A DNA stretch of 64,000 nt from Fidelibacterota bacterium (GTDB taxonomy: Bacteria > Fidelibacterota > UBA2242). Below are positions 16,858-26,527 of the stretch, piece after piece. Numbering within the stretch: position 1 is the first letter of the stretch; each line of letters starts with the position of its first letter. Location: contig JBNGDF010000012.1 in the NCBI GenBank assembly GCA_049975265.1, positions 1,513 to 65,512 of the forward strand, read 5' to 3'. Position numbers and translations under genes: made by a program. The notes beneath the pieces were generated by a model. The model saw nothing but the letters and a program-made list of their open reading frames with translations, did not search any database and was not told where the DNA came from.

Positions 16858-18732
16858 ATGTCTATTAAAAAATTCCTCTCACTCAGCATCGGCATTCTGC
16901 TGCTTTTTACAATTGCCGCCGAGGCGCAGATACCCGACGGTTACTACGACGCCGCCGACGGCAAAACCGGCTCAGAGCTGAAGGCGGCGCTGAACACCAT
17001 CGTAAACACGGGCTTGAATCGAGTTTCCTATGGCGATTCCAGAAATATCCTGGATAAAACCGATCAAGACCCGGATAATCTTGATAATATCATTTTAGTA
17101 TACCGGGGAACTTCCGTAAGTGGCGACTGGGACGAGGGAACAACATGGAATCGCGAACATGTCTGGCCACAGTCTTTGCTCGGATTAGAAGATTTAAGGA
17201 ATACAGATAAAAATGTCGGAACCGATCTTCATAATTTAAAACCCGCCAATCCCAGCGAAAACAGCAGTCGGAGTAATAAATATTATGACAATCAAACCAC
17301 ATCTGCCAGCTATGCTCCAAGAGATGCCGTAAAAGGCGATCTTGCCAGAATTTTATTTTACATGGTTATTGCTTACGAAACATATCCTCTGGATCTGGAA
17401 CTTGTCAATCACGAACCAAATCTATATCAAATGGCGATGCTTGATGTTCTACTTGAATGGCATGAACAGGACCCTGTGGATTCTTTTGAGGAAAACAGAA
17501 ACGAAATTATCTATAGTTATCAGCACAACCGCAATCCCTTCATTGATCATCCCGAATATGTCGCCCTGATCTGGTCCGAAAATCCACCGCCGCAGCCGCC
17601 ATCCGACCTGGTTGCACTGGATGCTGCGCAAACCTCGCTGCTACTCCGCTGGACCGACAACTCCGCCGAGGAGAATGGCTTTATTATCTATCAGAACAGT
17701 GTCAGGATCGACAGCGTCGCCGCCGATTCCACCAGCTACCAGGTGATAAATCTGCTGCCCGGCACCCTCTACTGCTTCGCCGTCACCGCCTATAATAATT
17801 ACGGCGAATCCGCCGCCGCCGTTCTGGAAGTCACTACCCTGCCCGGCGATTCGAGCCAGACGACCCCCGATTCACTCTTTTTCTCCGAATATATCGAGGG
17901 CAACGGTTTCAATAAAGCCTTGGAAATTTATAACGCATCCGGTCGTTCTGTAAACCTCTCCGGCTATTCCATTCTGGCTAATTCCAACAACAGTCCCTGG
18001 TACCAGACTCATTACAGCTTTCCCGCCGGGGCGGTCCTGGAACCCGGCTCCGTCTGGGTCATCATGAACTCCGGTTTCGATTCGACGTATCACTCAGTCG
18101 CCGACGAGCTGACTTCCGCCACCGTTGTTAATTTCAACGGCAATGATGTCCGCGCTTTGGTAAAATTCAATGCCGCCGATACGACCTTCCTTGATGTGAT
18201 CGGCGTCTATGGCGATACCGCTGAAGTCGCCGCCTGGTCGGTCGCCGGAATCACCGGTGCCACCGAGAATCATACCCTGGTTCGCAAACCATCGGTCAAG
18301 TGTGGCAATCCCGACTGGTACAGCAGCGCCGGAACGGATTCCCTTGATTCCGAATGGCTTGTCTATGCCGGCGACACCTTCGATTTCCTCGGCTATCATA
18401 CTGTTGATACGGTCAGCGCTATCGATATTTGTAATGTGGCGCCTGCCGTCGAATATTTTCGGCTCTACAGCTGCTACCCCAATCCCTTTAACCCCACGAC
18501 GAAAATCCGCTATGATCTCGAAACGATCGCTACCGTGACGCTGCAGATTTTCGATCTGCGCGGAGTCCTGGTCAAGACCCTTGTCCACACCCGGCAGCAA
18601 CCGGGACACTACCGGGTAGCCTGGGACGCCCGGGATCAGCAGCAGCGCAGCGTTCCGGCGGGTGTCTATCTCTACCGGTTGCAGACCGCCGACGGCTTTG
18701 GGCAGACCGGCAAAATGATGTACCTGAAATAA
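16858..18732 (+). CDS. secreted endonuclease I (EndA/Vvn family) fused to FN3, lamin-tail-like and T9SS C-terminal domains
   Basis: Signal peptide. REHVWPQS...NRNPFIDHPEY are endonuclease I motifs. An FN3-like segment (LRWTDNSAEENGFIIYQN) follows. C-terminal YPNPFNPTTKIRYDL...YLYRL is a T9SS CTD. Confidence 0.75.
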   Translation: MSIKKFLSLSIGILLLFTIAAEAQIPDGYYDAADGKTGSELKAALNTIVNTGLNRVSYGDSRNILDKTDQDPDNLDNIILVYRGTSVSGDWDEGTTWNREHVWPQSLLGLEDLRNTDKNVGTDLHNLKPANPSENSSRSNKYYDNQTTSASYAPRDAVKGDLARILFYMVIAYETYPLDLELVNHEPNLYQMAMLDVLLEWHEQDPVDSFEENRNEIIYSYQHNRNPFIDHPEYVALIWSENPPPQPPSDLVALDAAQTSLLLRWTDNSAEENGFIIYQNSVRIDSVAADSTSYQVINLLPGTLYCFAVTAYNNYGESAAAVLEVTTLPGDSSQTTPDSLFFSEYIEGNGFNKALEIYNASGRSVNLSGYSILANSNNSPWYQTHYSFPAGAVLEPGSVWVIMNSGFDSTYHSVADELTSATVVNFNGNDVRALVKFNAADTTFLDVIGVYGDTAEVAAWSVAGITGATENHTLVRKPSVKCGNPDWYSSAGTDSLDSEWLVYAGDTFDFLGYHTVDTVSAIDICNVAPAVEYFRLYSCYPNPFNPTTKIRYDLETIATVTLQIFDLRGVLVKTLVHTRQQPGHYRVAWDARDQQQRSVPAGVYLYRLQTADGFGQTGKMMYLK

Positions 18733-18745
18733 AGGAGAGCCCCGC

Positions 18746-19621
18746 ATGAATGTACTGGAAAAGGCAAGAAGCACCGGACTCCTGTTCGACGGCGCCATGG
18801 GTTCCATGTTAATGGCAGGCGGCATGCCCACGGGGATGGCTTCGGAAATGATGAACATTGAAAAACCGGATACCGTTCTGGCGATTCATAAAGCTTATCT
18901 CGAAGCCGGCTCCGACGTCATTACCACCAACACCTTCGGCGGCTCGCCGATCAAAATGAGGAGCGCTGGGATTGAACACTTAATGGAGCAAGCCAATCAA
19001 ACGGCAGCTCGGATTGCCCGGCAGGCTGCCGGCAGTGAGCGGTTTGTCGCCGGCGACATCGGTCCCATGGGCGAGATGCTGGAACCGTTGGGACTTATTA
19101 CCGCAGGCGAGGTAGAGGATAATTTTTCCCGGCAGGCGGAAATACTGGCTAAGAACGGTGTCGATCTCTTCATTGTCGAAACGATGTTCGATATCAATGA
19201 ATCTCTGGCGGCGATTAAAGGAATCCGGGCGGTCACCGATCTACCGGTTTTTGCTACCTTGACCTTTGAGAAAGGTCCGCTGGGTTTCGCTACGATTATG
19301 GGTAACCGGGTGGATGAGAGTATGCACGCGCTTGTTGATGCCGGGGCGGTTGCCGTCGGCGCCAACTGCTCCATCGGCAGCGATCTGATGATTGAACTGG
19401 CGGCAGAAATCCGCCGATGTGTTACCGTGCCGGTTATTATTCAATCCAATGCCGGACTGCCGGAAAACCGGGATGGTCGGCTGGTCTATCCGGAAACGCC
19501 GGAGCGTTATGCGGAAAACATTGCAGAGATCAGAGCGCTGGGCGTGGAGATCATCGGCGGCTGTTGCGGCACGACGCCGGAGTACATCCGCAGAATACGC
19601 GAAATATTTACGAAAAACTAA
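18746..19621 (+). CDS. homocysteine S-methyltransferase domain protein
   Basis: LLFDGAMGSML..., ITTNTFG, and the C-terminal GGCCGTTPEYI Zn-binding motif of the Hcy-binding (MetH N-terminal-like) family. RBS AAGGAG. Confidence 0.7.
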   Translation: MNVLEKARSTGLLFDGAMGSMLMAGGMPTGMASEMMNIEKPDTVLAIHKAYLEAGSDVITTNTFGGSPIKMRSAGIEHLMEQANQTAARIARQAAGSERFVAGDIGPMGEMLEPLGLITAGEVEDNFSRQAEILAKNGVDLFIVETMFDINESLAAIKGIRAVTDLPVFATLTFEKGPLGFATIMGNRVDESMHALVDAGAVAVGANCSIGSDLMIELAAEIRRCVTVPVIIQSNAGLPENRDGRLVYPETPERYAENIAEIRALGVEIIGGCCGTTPEYIRRIREIFTKN

Positions 19622-19718
19622 AATGGCGGCACAAAGCATTTGAATCTTGTGGCGGGATTCCGTACTTTATTTCTGCTGTGAAATCCATACCCAACGATAA
19701 AATGTCCGGAAGGTTGAG

Positions 19719-21749
19719 ATGAAAAAGTTATGTCTGCTTATAGCCCTTTTTATTACCGGAATTAGCGCACAGCGTTTTCCCAGTCCCTCGGACATTTTCC
19801 GCCAGCCGGCTTTTTACGGCGATGCGCCGGAACAGATTTGCTGGTCCCCCGGCGACTCCGCTGTTGCCTTTGTCTGGAATCAAGAGGGTTACCCTGATGG
19901 CGATATCTGGCTCGCCCGGATTCCTTCCGGCAGGCTCCGACGGATCACCCGTTTTAATGACGACGGCGCCGGTCATCCGCTCACCGAGTTACAGTGGTTT
20001 CCCGACCAGCAGCGCCTGCTCTTTGTCCGTAACGGCGACATCTATACCCTGCAACCCGGCACCCAGGACGAACCACTGGCGCTGACGATTACACCGTCGC
20101 CGGAGCTCTTCCCCCGGATTTCCCCGGCAGGGCGCTATGTCTCCTTTATCCGGGATAATACCCTGCGCCTGATCGATGTTAAGACGGGACGGGAGATTCA
20201 GCTCTCCGGCGCTATTCCCGCCGATTGGAATGCACTCGGTCTGCATTGCCGCAACAACCGGTATGCACCTTACTGCTGGTTGCCCGATGAAACCGCCTTG
20301 ATCATGCCAGCCTATGAAGATCATCTCGCCAACCGGCTGTATCGGTTTGACCTGGTGAATCAGGAAACGGCGATACTGCCGCTCACCGGAAACGAAAAGG
20401 TGCTGGTCCGTGACGTTTTGTACATTCCGGGAAAAAACCGGCTGGCTGTGGATTACCTTGCGGCAACGTTGACCGCCCGGACGATTATCACAATTGATTT
20501 ACATACCGCCCAAATCGACACCATCTATCACTGTAGCAATGAATTATGGTGTGGCGATTTCGGTGCCAAACTCTACTGGCTGCCGTCACGGGAAAAATTG
20601 CTTTTCGGCGAACTTCAGAACGGCTATCAGCACATTTTCAGCACGGGTCTGGAGCATCCTACACCGATCGCCATCACCCGCGGGAAATGGCATGTCTTTG
20701 ACTATCACGCCAATCCTGCCGACGACCAGCTCTATTTCTCCGCCAATAAGGAAAATTACCACGAAAAACAGATTTATACAATTGATCAGAAAACCGGTAA
20801 GGTACTCAATCTTTCCTACCTGCGCGGCTGTCACGATTTTGTCCTGTCGGCTACCGGTGGTTATATCGTTGATATCTACTCTACCCCAGCGATCCCGCCG
20901 CAGCTCTACCTGACCCGCACATTTCCCGTCAGCAAAGCAGGACTGTTTTTAAAAGCCGACAGCCGAATCCCCAATGCCGACCACCTGAATACTGCTCTCG
21001 ATCGTAAAATCGCCGACCCGCGCACCGGACAGGATATTCATTATAAGTTATGGTATCCCTCCGACCGGTTGAGCGCCGATAAGTACCCGCTGATTCTTTT
21101 TTTGAACCGGGCAAACGGACCGGTCAACGGATTGCACGAGTGGAAAATCAGCCATCTGCTTAGTCAGTGGCTTGCCAGCCGGGATTACGTCGTTGCCGAA
21201 ATTGATGTCACCGGGCTTGACCGGATTCCCTGTCTGGAGGCGACCGTTGACACGCTGGCGCCCTGGGTACAGCCGCTTTCCCAGATTTGTGAGGTTATCG
21301 GCGAATTGAGCCGGCAGGAATTTATTGATATGAGTCGCATCGGCGTCACCGGATTTGGCTATAGCGGCTATCTCAGTATTATGGCGCTGCTGAATGTGCC
21401 GGAATATTTCAACACCGCGGTGGCGGTGTTACTGGATAATCGCTGGGAACCGGAGCCTTCACTTTACGATTGGATTCTCTTTCAGCAGATTCGCCGGCGT
21501 CAACTCACTCCCGATTTGGCGTCTCCGGAAACGGTTGCTCGGTTACGCGGCAAGTTGCTGCTGTTTTATGGCGACAACCGCCCACTCAGACCGCTGGTGG
21601 ATAGCCCCGCACTGATCCGGCAGATGGTAACCCTGGAAAAGCGCATCGATTTTATTTACTATCCCTGGGAAGATGGCGTAATTACGTCGGGCCAGACCTA
21701 TATAGATTTGTTCTATAAGCTTCTGGAGTATTTTGATCGGTTTCTTTAG
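19719..21749 (+). CDS. secreted beta-propeller / alpha-beta-hydrolase peptidase (S9 family-like)
   Basis: Signal peptide. N-terminal DPP-IV/TolB-like propeller repeats. C-terminal hydrolase fold with nucleophile-elbow-like GFGYSGYLS. Confidence 0.5.
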   Translation: MKKLCLLIALFITGISAQRFPSPSDIFRQPAFYGDAPEQICWSPGDSAVAFVWNQEGYPDGDIWLARIPSGRLRRITRFNDDGAGHPLTELQWFPDQQRLLFVRNGDIYTLQPGTQDEPLALTITPSPELFPRISPAGRYVSFIRDNTLRLIDVKTGREIQLSGAIPADWNALGLHCRNNRYAPYCWLPDETALIMPAYEDHLANRLYRFDLVNQETAILPLTGNEKVLVRDVLYIPGKNRLAVDYLAATLTARTIITIDLHTAQIDTIYHCSNELWCGDFGAKLYWLPSREKLLFGELQNGYQHIFSTGLEHPTPIAITRGKWHVFDYHANPADDQLYFSANKENYHEKQIYTIDQKTGKVLNLSYLRGCHDFVLSATGGYIVDIYSTPAIPPQLYLTRTFPVSKAGLFLKADSRIPNADHLNTALDRKIADPRTGQDIHYKLWYPSDRLSADKYPLILFLNRANGPVNGLHEWKISHLLSQWLASRDYVVAEIDVTGLDRIPCLEATVDTLAPWVQPLSQICEVIGELSRQEFIDMSRIGVTGFGYSGYLSIMALLNVPEYFNTAVAVLLDNRWEPEPSLYDWILFQQIRRRQLTPDLASPETVARLRGKLLLFYGDNRPLRPLVDSPALIRQMVTLEKRIDFIYYPWEDGVITSGQTYIDLFYKLLEYFDRFL

Positions 21750-21764
21750 ACCGTTAATCCCGGC

Positions 21765-22088
21765 TTAATTGGGCAGGCTGCTTTTGGGCGGCGGCTGAAA
21801 TCCGAAAGGCACGTCCTCGCTCTTGTCAGGCAGCTTGATGGTGCCGAATTTATCCTCGAATTTTTTGATATTGTCCTGCAGGGTATAGAGCAGTGTCTTG
21901 GCATGCGTCGGCGTCATAATCACGCGACTCTGCACAACGGCTTTGGGGGAACCGGGCATAATCCGCGCAAAATCGATCACGAACTCGGCGGCAGAGTGGG
22001 AAATGACCGTAAAATTGCTGTAATTTCCTTCCGCCCGGCTTTCGGGGAGCTCAATTTTCAGCTGTTTGCCCTCATTTTTACTATTCAT
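21765..22088 (-). CDS. hypothetical protein, DUF3467-like
   Basis: 107 aa. The pattern IELPESRAEGNYSNFTVISHSAAEFVIDFARIMPG...TPTHAKTLLYTLQDNIKKFE resembles the DUF3467 family. Confidence 0.4.
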   Translation of the reverse strand: MNSKNEGKQLKIELPESRAEGNYSNFTVISHSAAEFVIDFARIMPGSPKAVVQSRVIMTPTHAKTLLYTLQDNIKKFEDKFGTIKLPDKSEDVPFGFQPPPKSSLPN

Positions 22089-22149
22089 GGCATTTACCTT
22101 TTGGGTTCGTTGTTTTAAAATGTTTGCTCAATCATCGTCCCGGTCGTTG

Positions 22150-22551
22150 TTATTCGTCGTCATCAAAATCGTCGAGATCATCCTCTTCCAGCACCTCGGG
22201 ATCGATGATATCCCAAGCCTCTTCTTCGATGTCGCTATCATCCTGGAGACCTTCATTCAGTTCTATATCATCCTCGAATTCGTCCCAAACCTCTTTGCGT
22301 TTCTCGAATTTGGAAGGATCGATATCCGGTTCGTCATAATCTTCCCGTTCCTCTTTCAGAATCTCCTCACCGTACAGGCTCATATCAAAGAAATCAATAT
22401 CATCAACGATATCGTTATAGACCAGCAGCTCGAGGAAGTCGATATACTTGGGATCCCGCAATTTTGTTTTACAGTGTTTACAGACCAGATTTTCACGTAA
22501 ATCTGCTTCGTTTAGTGCGGCGCCACACTCGGGGCATACCAAATCTTCCAT
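22150..22551 (-). CDS. zinc-ribbon protein with extremely acidic C-terminal tail
   Basis: CPECG...CKHC forms a CxxC-x14-CxxC ribbon. The following ~100 aa are more than 40% Asp/Glu. Strong RBS AGGAGG. Confidence 0.5.
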   Translation of the reverse strand: MEDLVCPECGAALNEADLRENLVCKHCKTKLRDPKYIDFLELLVYNDIVDDIDFFDMSLYGEEILKEEREDYDEPDIDPSKFEKRKEVWDEFEDDIELNEGLQDDSDIEEEAWDIIDPEVLEEDDLDDFDDDE

Positions 22552-22657
22552 TGAAGTTCCTCCTACTTAGCGGCGGTAAATATAAAGCGATAGAGTGCCA
22601 GCGTCAAGGAAAATTTTCGATAAAAACAATCGCCTTGATAAGCGTCAATTTTACAGC

Positions 22658-23185
22658 TCAGATCAGACCTGTATCGCGTACCAGATCCAGCATGATCCGG
22701 TAAGAGGATTCGATGGGATCAGAGCTCTTTTTGGAAATTTGTATATTGTAAAAATAATCGGCGTATTCCGTCAGAAAACCGATCCGTTTGGGCGCTCCGC
22801 TTTGTAAAACAGCGGCGGCATTATAGGGGTGAAATTCCGGATTCAGGTCCAGCGCCACGGCAAACCGGAAGCGCTGGAGCTGCCGACTGATTGCTGCATC
22901 CAGCAGCGGTTCTTTCAGAATATTTTCCGGCAATGTCAACAGCAGCTGCTTTTCAGGCGGAATATCCGTGAGTATATCCAGTCCCGATTTCGCTATCAGA
23001 TTGCAGGAGCTCAGCGCGGGAGATTTCAGCACCGGCGCGAAGACCCGGTAGGCGATCTGCTGGTGTTGTTCGTCAAAGGGGAAGGTCAGCAGGATCGCGG
23101 TGCGTCCGGTCTCTGCCGCCGAATCCGGCTGATTTCGCCGGCAATCCCGCAGGATTTTTTTTAATATTCGATTGGTGATTTCCAT
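22658..23185 (-). CDS. hypothetical protein
   Basis: 175-aa ORF in an operon downstream of the POT transporter. No recognisable motif. Confidence 0.35.
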   Translation of the reverse strand: MEITNRILKKILRDCRRNQPDSAAETGRTAILLTFPFDEQHQQIAYRVFAPVLKSPALSSCNLIAKSGLDILTDIPPEKQLLLTLPENILKEPLLDAAISRQLQRFRFAVALDLNPEFHPYNAAAVLQSGAPKRIGFLTEYADYFYNIQISKKSSDPIESSYRIMLDLVRDTGLI

Positions 23186-23203
23186 GAATCGATAGTGCCT
23201 CTT

Positions 23204-24868
23204 TTATTCCACCTCCTTCGGCGTCAGGAACTTATTGTAGAGGAATAACCCGATTATGGTTACGATGCCGATCAGCGAAAAGATTAACCAGAGCGTGCGT
23301 GGCTGTTGCAGACCGTCTACAAAATGGACATAGAGTTTTGCTCCGACGATGGCGCCGATGGATGAGCCGATCACTCCGTATAGAAAGATGTAGCCCATAA
23401 AGGTCGCCAGCCGCTCCTTTGGTGCGGTCTGCCCGATGTAACTGATAAATTTCGGATGGGCGGTCATTTCACCGATGGAAAAGATCACGATCCCCGCCAT
23501 GAAGACCCAGATGCTGGTGTTGATTGCCAATATCGCCATACCCAGCGTTCCCAGCCCGATTGCCACCATCATGGTGGGCAGGGCTTTGGTGTTTTTTACC
23601 AGCATGGAGATGAAAATCTGTAAAATGATGATGGTCAGGGCATTGATCACCGTGACATGCTCAATGTCAAAGTGCCATTCATAACCGATTCCCAGAAACG
23701 CCAGCATCCGGTTTACGGCGGCATCCAGACTGGCGGCATCCACATAATCGTTTACGTACCACAGCACCGAGTCGAACATCTGGAAATAGAGTACCCAGAA
23801 ACCGGAGTAGATGCAGATCAGCAGTAGAAATTTAAAATAGTCGATGAACTTCGCCGGCTCCGCCGAATCGATTTTAAACAGTGAAAAGACGGTTATGAAG
23901 ATGACCGAAGTGACGATTCGGGAGTAGAGGGTCAGACCCGGTAGCAGCCAGAGGATCAAACCGCCGACGACAAGGAGCATAACAGCCGCCCGTGTATGCG
24001 TACACGCTTTGAAAATCCCGCAACGGGATTTTACATTCAGGATGAAAAAACAGCCCGTTATCAACAGCGTGACATACAACAGGAAAAAGGAATTTTTAGC
24101 GATCAGCAGGTAGATCGCCAGCAAGGCAATCAACCCCGTGATACCGTAGATCAACCGGGCATTTTTTAACGCCTCCCGCGCTTTTAGAAAGAGCAGCACA
24201 ATGGGGCTGTAGATGATCTCAAAAGCATTGGCAATCGTCTGCAGCAGATCGGTCTCATGCTCCTTTCTGCGCTCGTGCATCGGAGGCTCTTTGTAGAGGA
24301 AAAAGGTGGGAATCAGCATAATTCCCGTTCCAATGCCCGAAGCGATGATCACCCAGCGCCAGCTGGGATCCGCCGATTTCAGGAAAGGTACCAGAAACAT
24401 GGGAAACAGAAACGCCCCGAGATTGATGCTCCAGTAGAAAATTCCGAAACCGAGTGAGGAATTGGATTTGTCCGTCACCCGGGCGATGGTCCCGGAGATA
24501 ATCGGTTTGAAGGTTCCGGCGCCCAGCGCCATGATACAGAGCGCCAGAAAGACTGCCGCATAGCTGGTCATCTGGCTGGTGATCAGGTAACCGGCGCCCA
24601 GCAGGGTAAACGCCACCGTCAGCGCCCGGCGGTACCCGAAACGGTCTGCCAGCGCTCCGGAGATGATCGGCAGAAAGTATAAAATCGGCTGGATTGTACC
24701 CTTTATCAAGCCGACGCTCTCCTTGGCGAACCCCAGTTTCTCCGTCATATAGACCGACAGAATACTCATCATTCCGTAATAGGAACCGCGTTCAAAAAAC
24801 TCCATTACGACCGCCAGCCAGTAGGTGGGCGGAAACGACCGGAAAGTTCCTTTTTTCTGTTCACTCAT
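23204..24868 (-). CDS. proton-dependent oligopeptide transporter (POT/PTR2 family, MFS)
   Basis: 554 aa with multiple TM segments. The N-terminal FFERGSYYGM is the POT signature (ExxERFxYYG). Confidence 0.75.
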   Translation of the reverse strand: MSEQKKGTFRSFPPTYWLAVVMEFFERGSYYGMMSILSVYMTEKLGFAKESVGLIKGTIQPILYFLPIISGALADRFGYRRALTVAFTLLGAGYLITSQMTSYAAVFLALCIMALGAGTFKPIISGTIARVTDKSNSSLGFGIFYWSINLGAFLFPMFLVPFLKSADPSWRWVIIASGIGTGIMLIPTFFLYKEPPMHERRKEHETDLLQTIANAFEIIYSPIVLLFLKAREALKNARLIYGITGLIALLAIYLLIAKNSFFLLYVTLLITGCFFILNVKSRCGIFKACTHTRAAVMLLVVGGLILWLLPGLTLYSRIVTSVIFITVFSLFKIDSAEPAKFIDYFKFLLLICIYSGFWVLYFQMFDSVLWYVNDYVDAASLDAAVNRMLAFLGIGYEWHFDIEHVTVINALTIIILQIFISMLVKNTKALPTMMVAIGLGTLGMAILAINTSIWVFMAGIVIFSIGEMTAHPKFISYIGQTAPKERLATFMGYIFLYGVIGSSIGAIVGAKLYVHFVDGLQQPRTLWLIFSLIGIVTIIGLFLYNKFLTPKEVE

Positions 24869-25113
24869 AAAAAATATCCTCTTGCTTGTCTTAATGGAAA
24901 GAAAAATACGATTTTCCGTCTAAATTCCAAATAGTAATTCCGAATCGGCAGCAAATTCCTGATTCATGTCGCATGGCAAAGCCACTCTCAAATCATTTCC
25001 ATAGTGACAATGACGACGGAGTTGGCTATATTAGATTCAGTTCGGTAACCGGGATGAATTATTGAAGCATCACCATTATACCAGTCAATGATCAATAACG
25101 GAAGGGACAGACG

Positions 25114-26520
25114 ATGAACGCTTGGGAACTTACGCTGGATTTAAAAAACGTTGTGCTGGATTTTGCCTGGCTCAGCGGATTTTTGATTTTAGGGACAATT
25201 TTACGGCGCTACGGAAAATTCTTTCAGAAATTCCTGATCCCCAATAATATAATTGCCGGCTTTATTGGACTGATTCTGGGACCGGAAATTCTCCGGCTGA
25301 TTCCGCTAAACGGCGACCGGCTCGGGATGTATGTGTATCACCTGCTGGCGATCACCTTTGTGGCGATCGGACTCCGGCAGCAGAAGACACACTGGGGGCG
25401 CGGACCACTTAGTAAAGCGATCGCAAATCTGTCAGGGATTCTGATCCAGGGCGTCATTGGTCTGATGGTAACGTTTTTATTCGTTTATACGATCAAGCCC
25501 GACCTCTTTCCGGCAATCGGACTGCTTTTACCGCTGGGTTTCGGGAATGGTCCCGGTCTGGCGTATGCGCTGGGCAACAGCTGGGAGCAATACGGATTTG
25601 TCGGCGGTGGGGATGTGGGACTGACCTTTGCGGCGCTGGGCTATCTGGCAGCCTATTTCATCGGTATCATCCTGATTTACCGGGGCATCAGAAACCGGGA
25701 AACCCGTCTGGTGAAAGGACTGGAGGGCATCACCGGAGATATGCGCCGGGGCGTCGTTAAAGAGGAAAAACCGCGGGTAGCGGGTTATTTGACGCTCTCC
25801 ACGGAAGCCATCGAACCGCTGGCGTTTCAGATTGCCACCATCGGCATCGTCTACCTGTTTACCTACTGGATTGTCTGGAACCTGACGCATTTTATGGAGC
25901 GCATGGGCGCCGGCGGATTTGTGCCCACGGTCTGGTCGTTTCATTTTTTAATTGCTCTCCTGGTGGCGCTGTTTACCCGCAAGATTCTGGACTTTACCAG
26001 GAAAAGTTATCTGATCGATAAGGGTTTGATGAACCGCCTGGCGGGTGTGTCGGTGGACTATCTGGTGGTGGCGGCGATTTGTGCCATCAGCCTGAAGATT
26101 GTCTGGATGTATTGGGCACCGATCCTGGTGATGTCCGTTGCTGCGGCATTTGCCACCTATTTTTTGCTGGGCTATGTCTGCTGGCGGGCTTTTGACGATT
26201 ACCACTTCGAGCGGTTTATCGCCCTCTGGGGCGAGCTGACCGGGACGCTGAACTCCGCGCTGGTCCTGTTGCGGGTGACGGACCCGGAGTTTGAGACGCC
26301 GGTGGCAGAGGATATGGTCTATGGCAGCGGCATCGGGCTGTTTCTGGGCTTACCGGTGCTGATTCTCCTGACCGTGCCGATGAACTTTTTCAACAATGAA
26401 CTGCGGGGTTACTGGATTGTATTTGGGTTGATAATCGCCTATCTGTTAATCATCTGGGGTGTCTGGCGTCTGATCGGTTATATTAAATTCAAAAACCCCT
26501 ATCCCAAAACCGTTAAATAG
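25114..26520 (+). CDS. polytopic membrane transporter, GltS-like (sodium:solute symporter family)
   Basis: 468 aa, about 12 TM. LGFGNGPGLAYALGNSWEQYGF resembles the GltS GGHGTGAAW...YGF loop. A paralog lies at 45675-47039. Confidence 0.4.
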   Translation: MNAWELTLDLKNVVLDFAWLSGFLILGTILRRYGKFFQKFLIPNNIIAGFIGLILGPEILRLIPLNGDRLGMYVYHLLAITFVAIGLRQQKTHWGRGPLSKAIANLSGILIQGVIGLMVTFLFVYTIKPDLFPAIGLLLPLGFGNGPGLAYALGNSWEQYGFVGGGDVGLTFAALGYLAAYFIGIILIYRGIRNRETRLVKGLEGITGDMRRGVVKEEKPRVAGYLTLSTEAIEPLAFQIATIGIVYLFTYWIVWNLTHFMERMGAGGFVPTVWSFHFLIALLVALFTRKILDFTRKSYLIDKGLMNRLAGVSVDYLVVAAICAISLKIVWMYWAPILVMSVAAAFATYFLLGYVCWRAFDDYHFERFIALWGELTGTLNSALVLLRVTDPEFETPVAEDMVYGSGIGLFLGLPVLILLTVPMNFFNNELRGYWIVFGLIIAYLLIIWGVWRLIGYIKFKNPYPKTVK

Positions 26521-26527
26521 GTGATTT

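Noticed and set aside
19706-19715. CCGGAAGGTT half-site of the 15-bp palindrome just upstream of the S9 peptidase gene
   Set aside because: Only a half-site. It coincides with the Shine-Dalgarno GGAAGG. Not a full palindrome.
24921-24962. Three direct AATTCC repeats upstream of the GltS-like transporter gene
   Set aside because: Short, low-complexity, irregular spacing. Insufficient to call a binding-site array.
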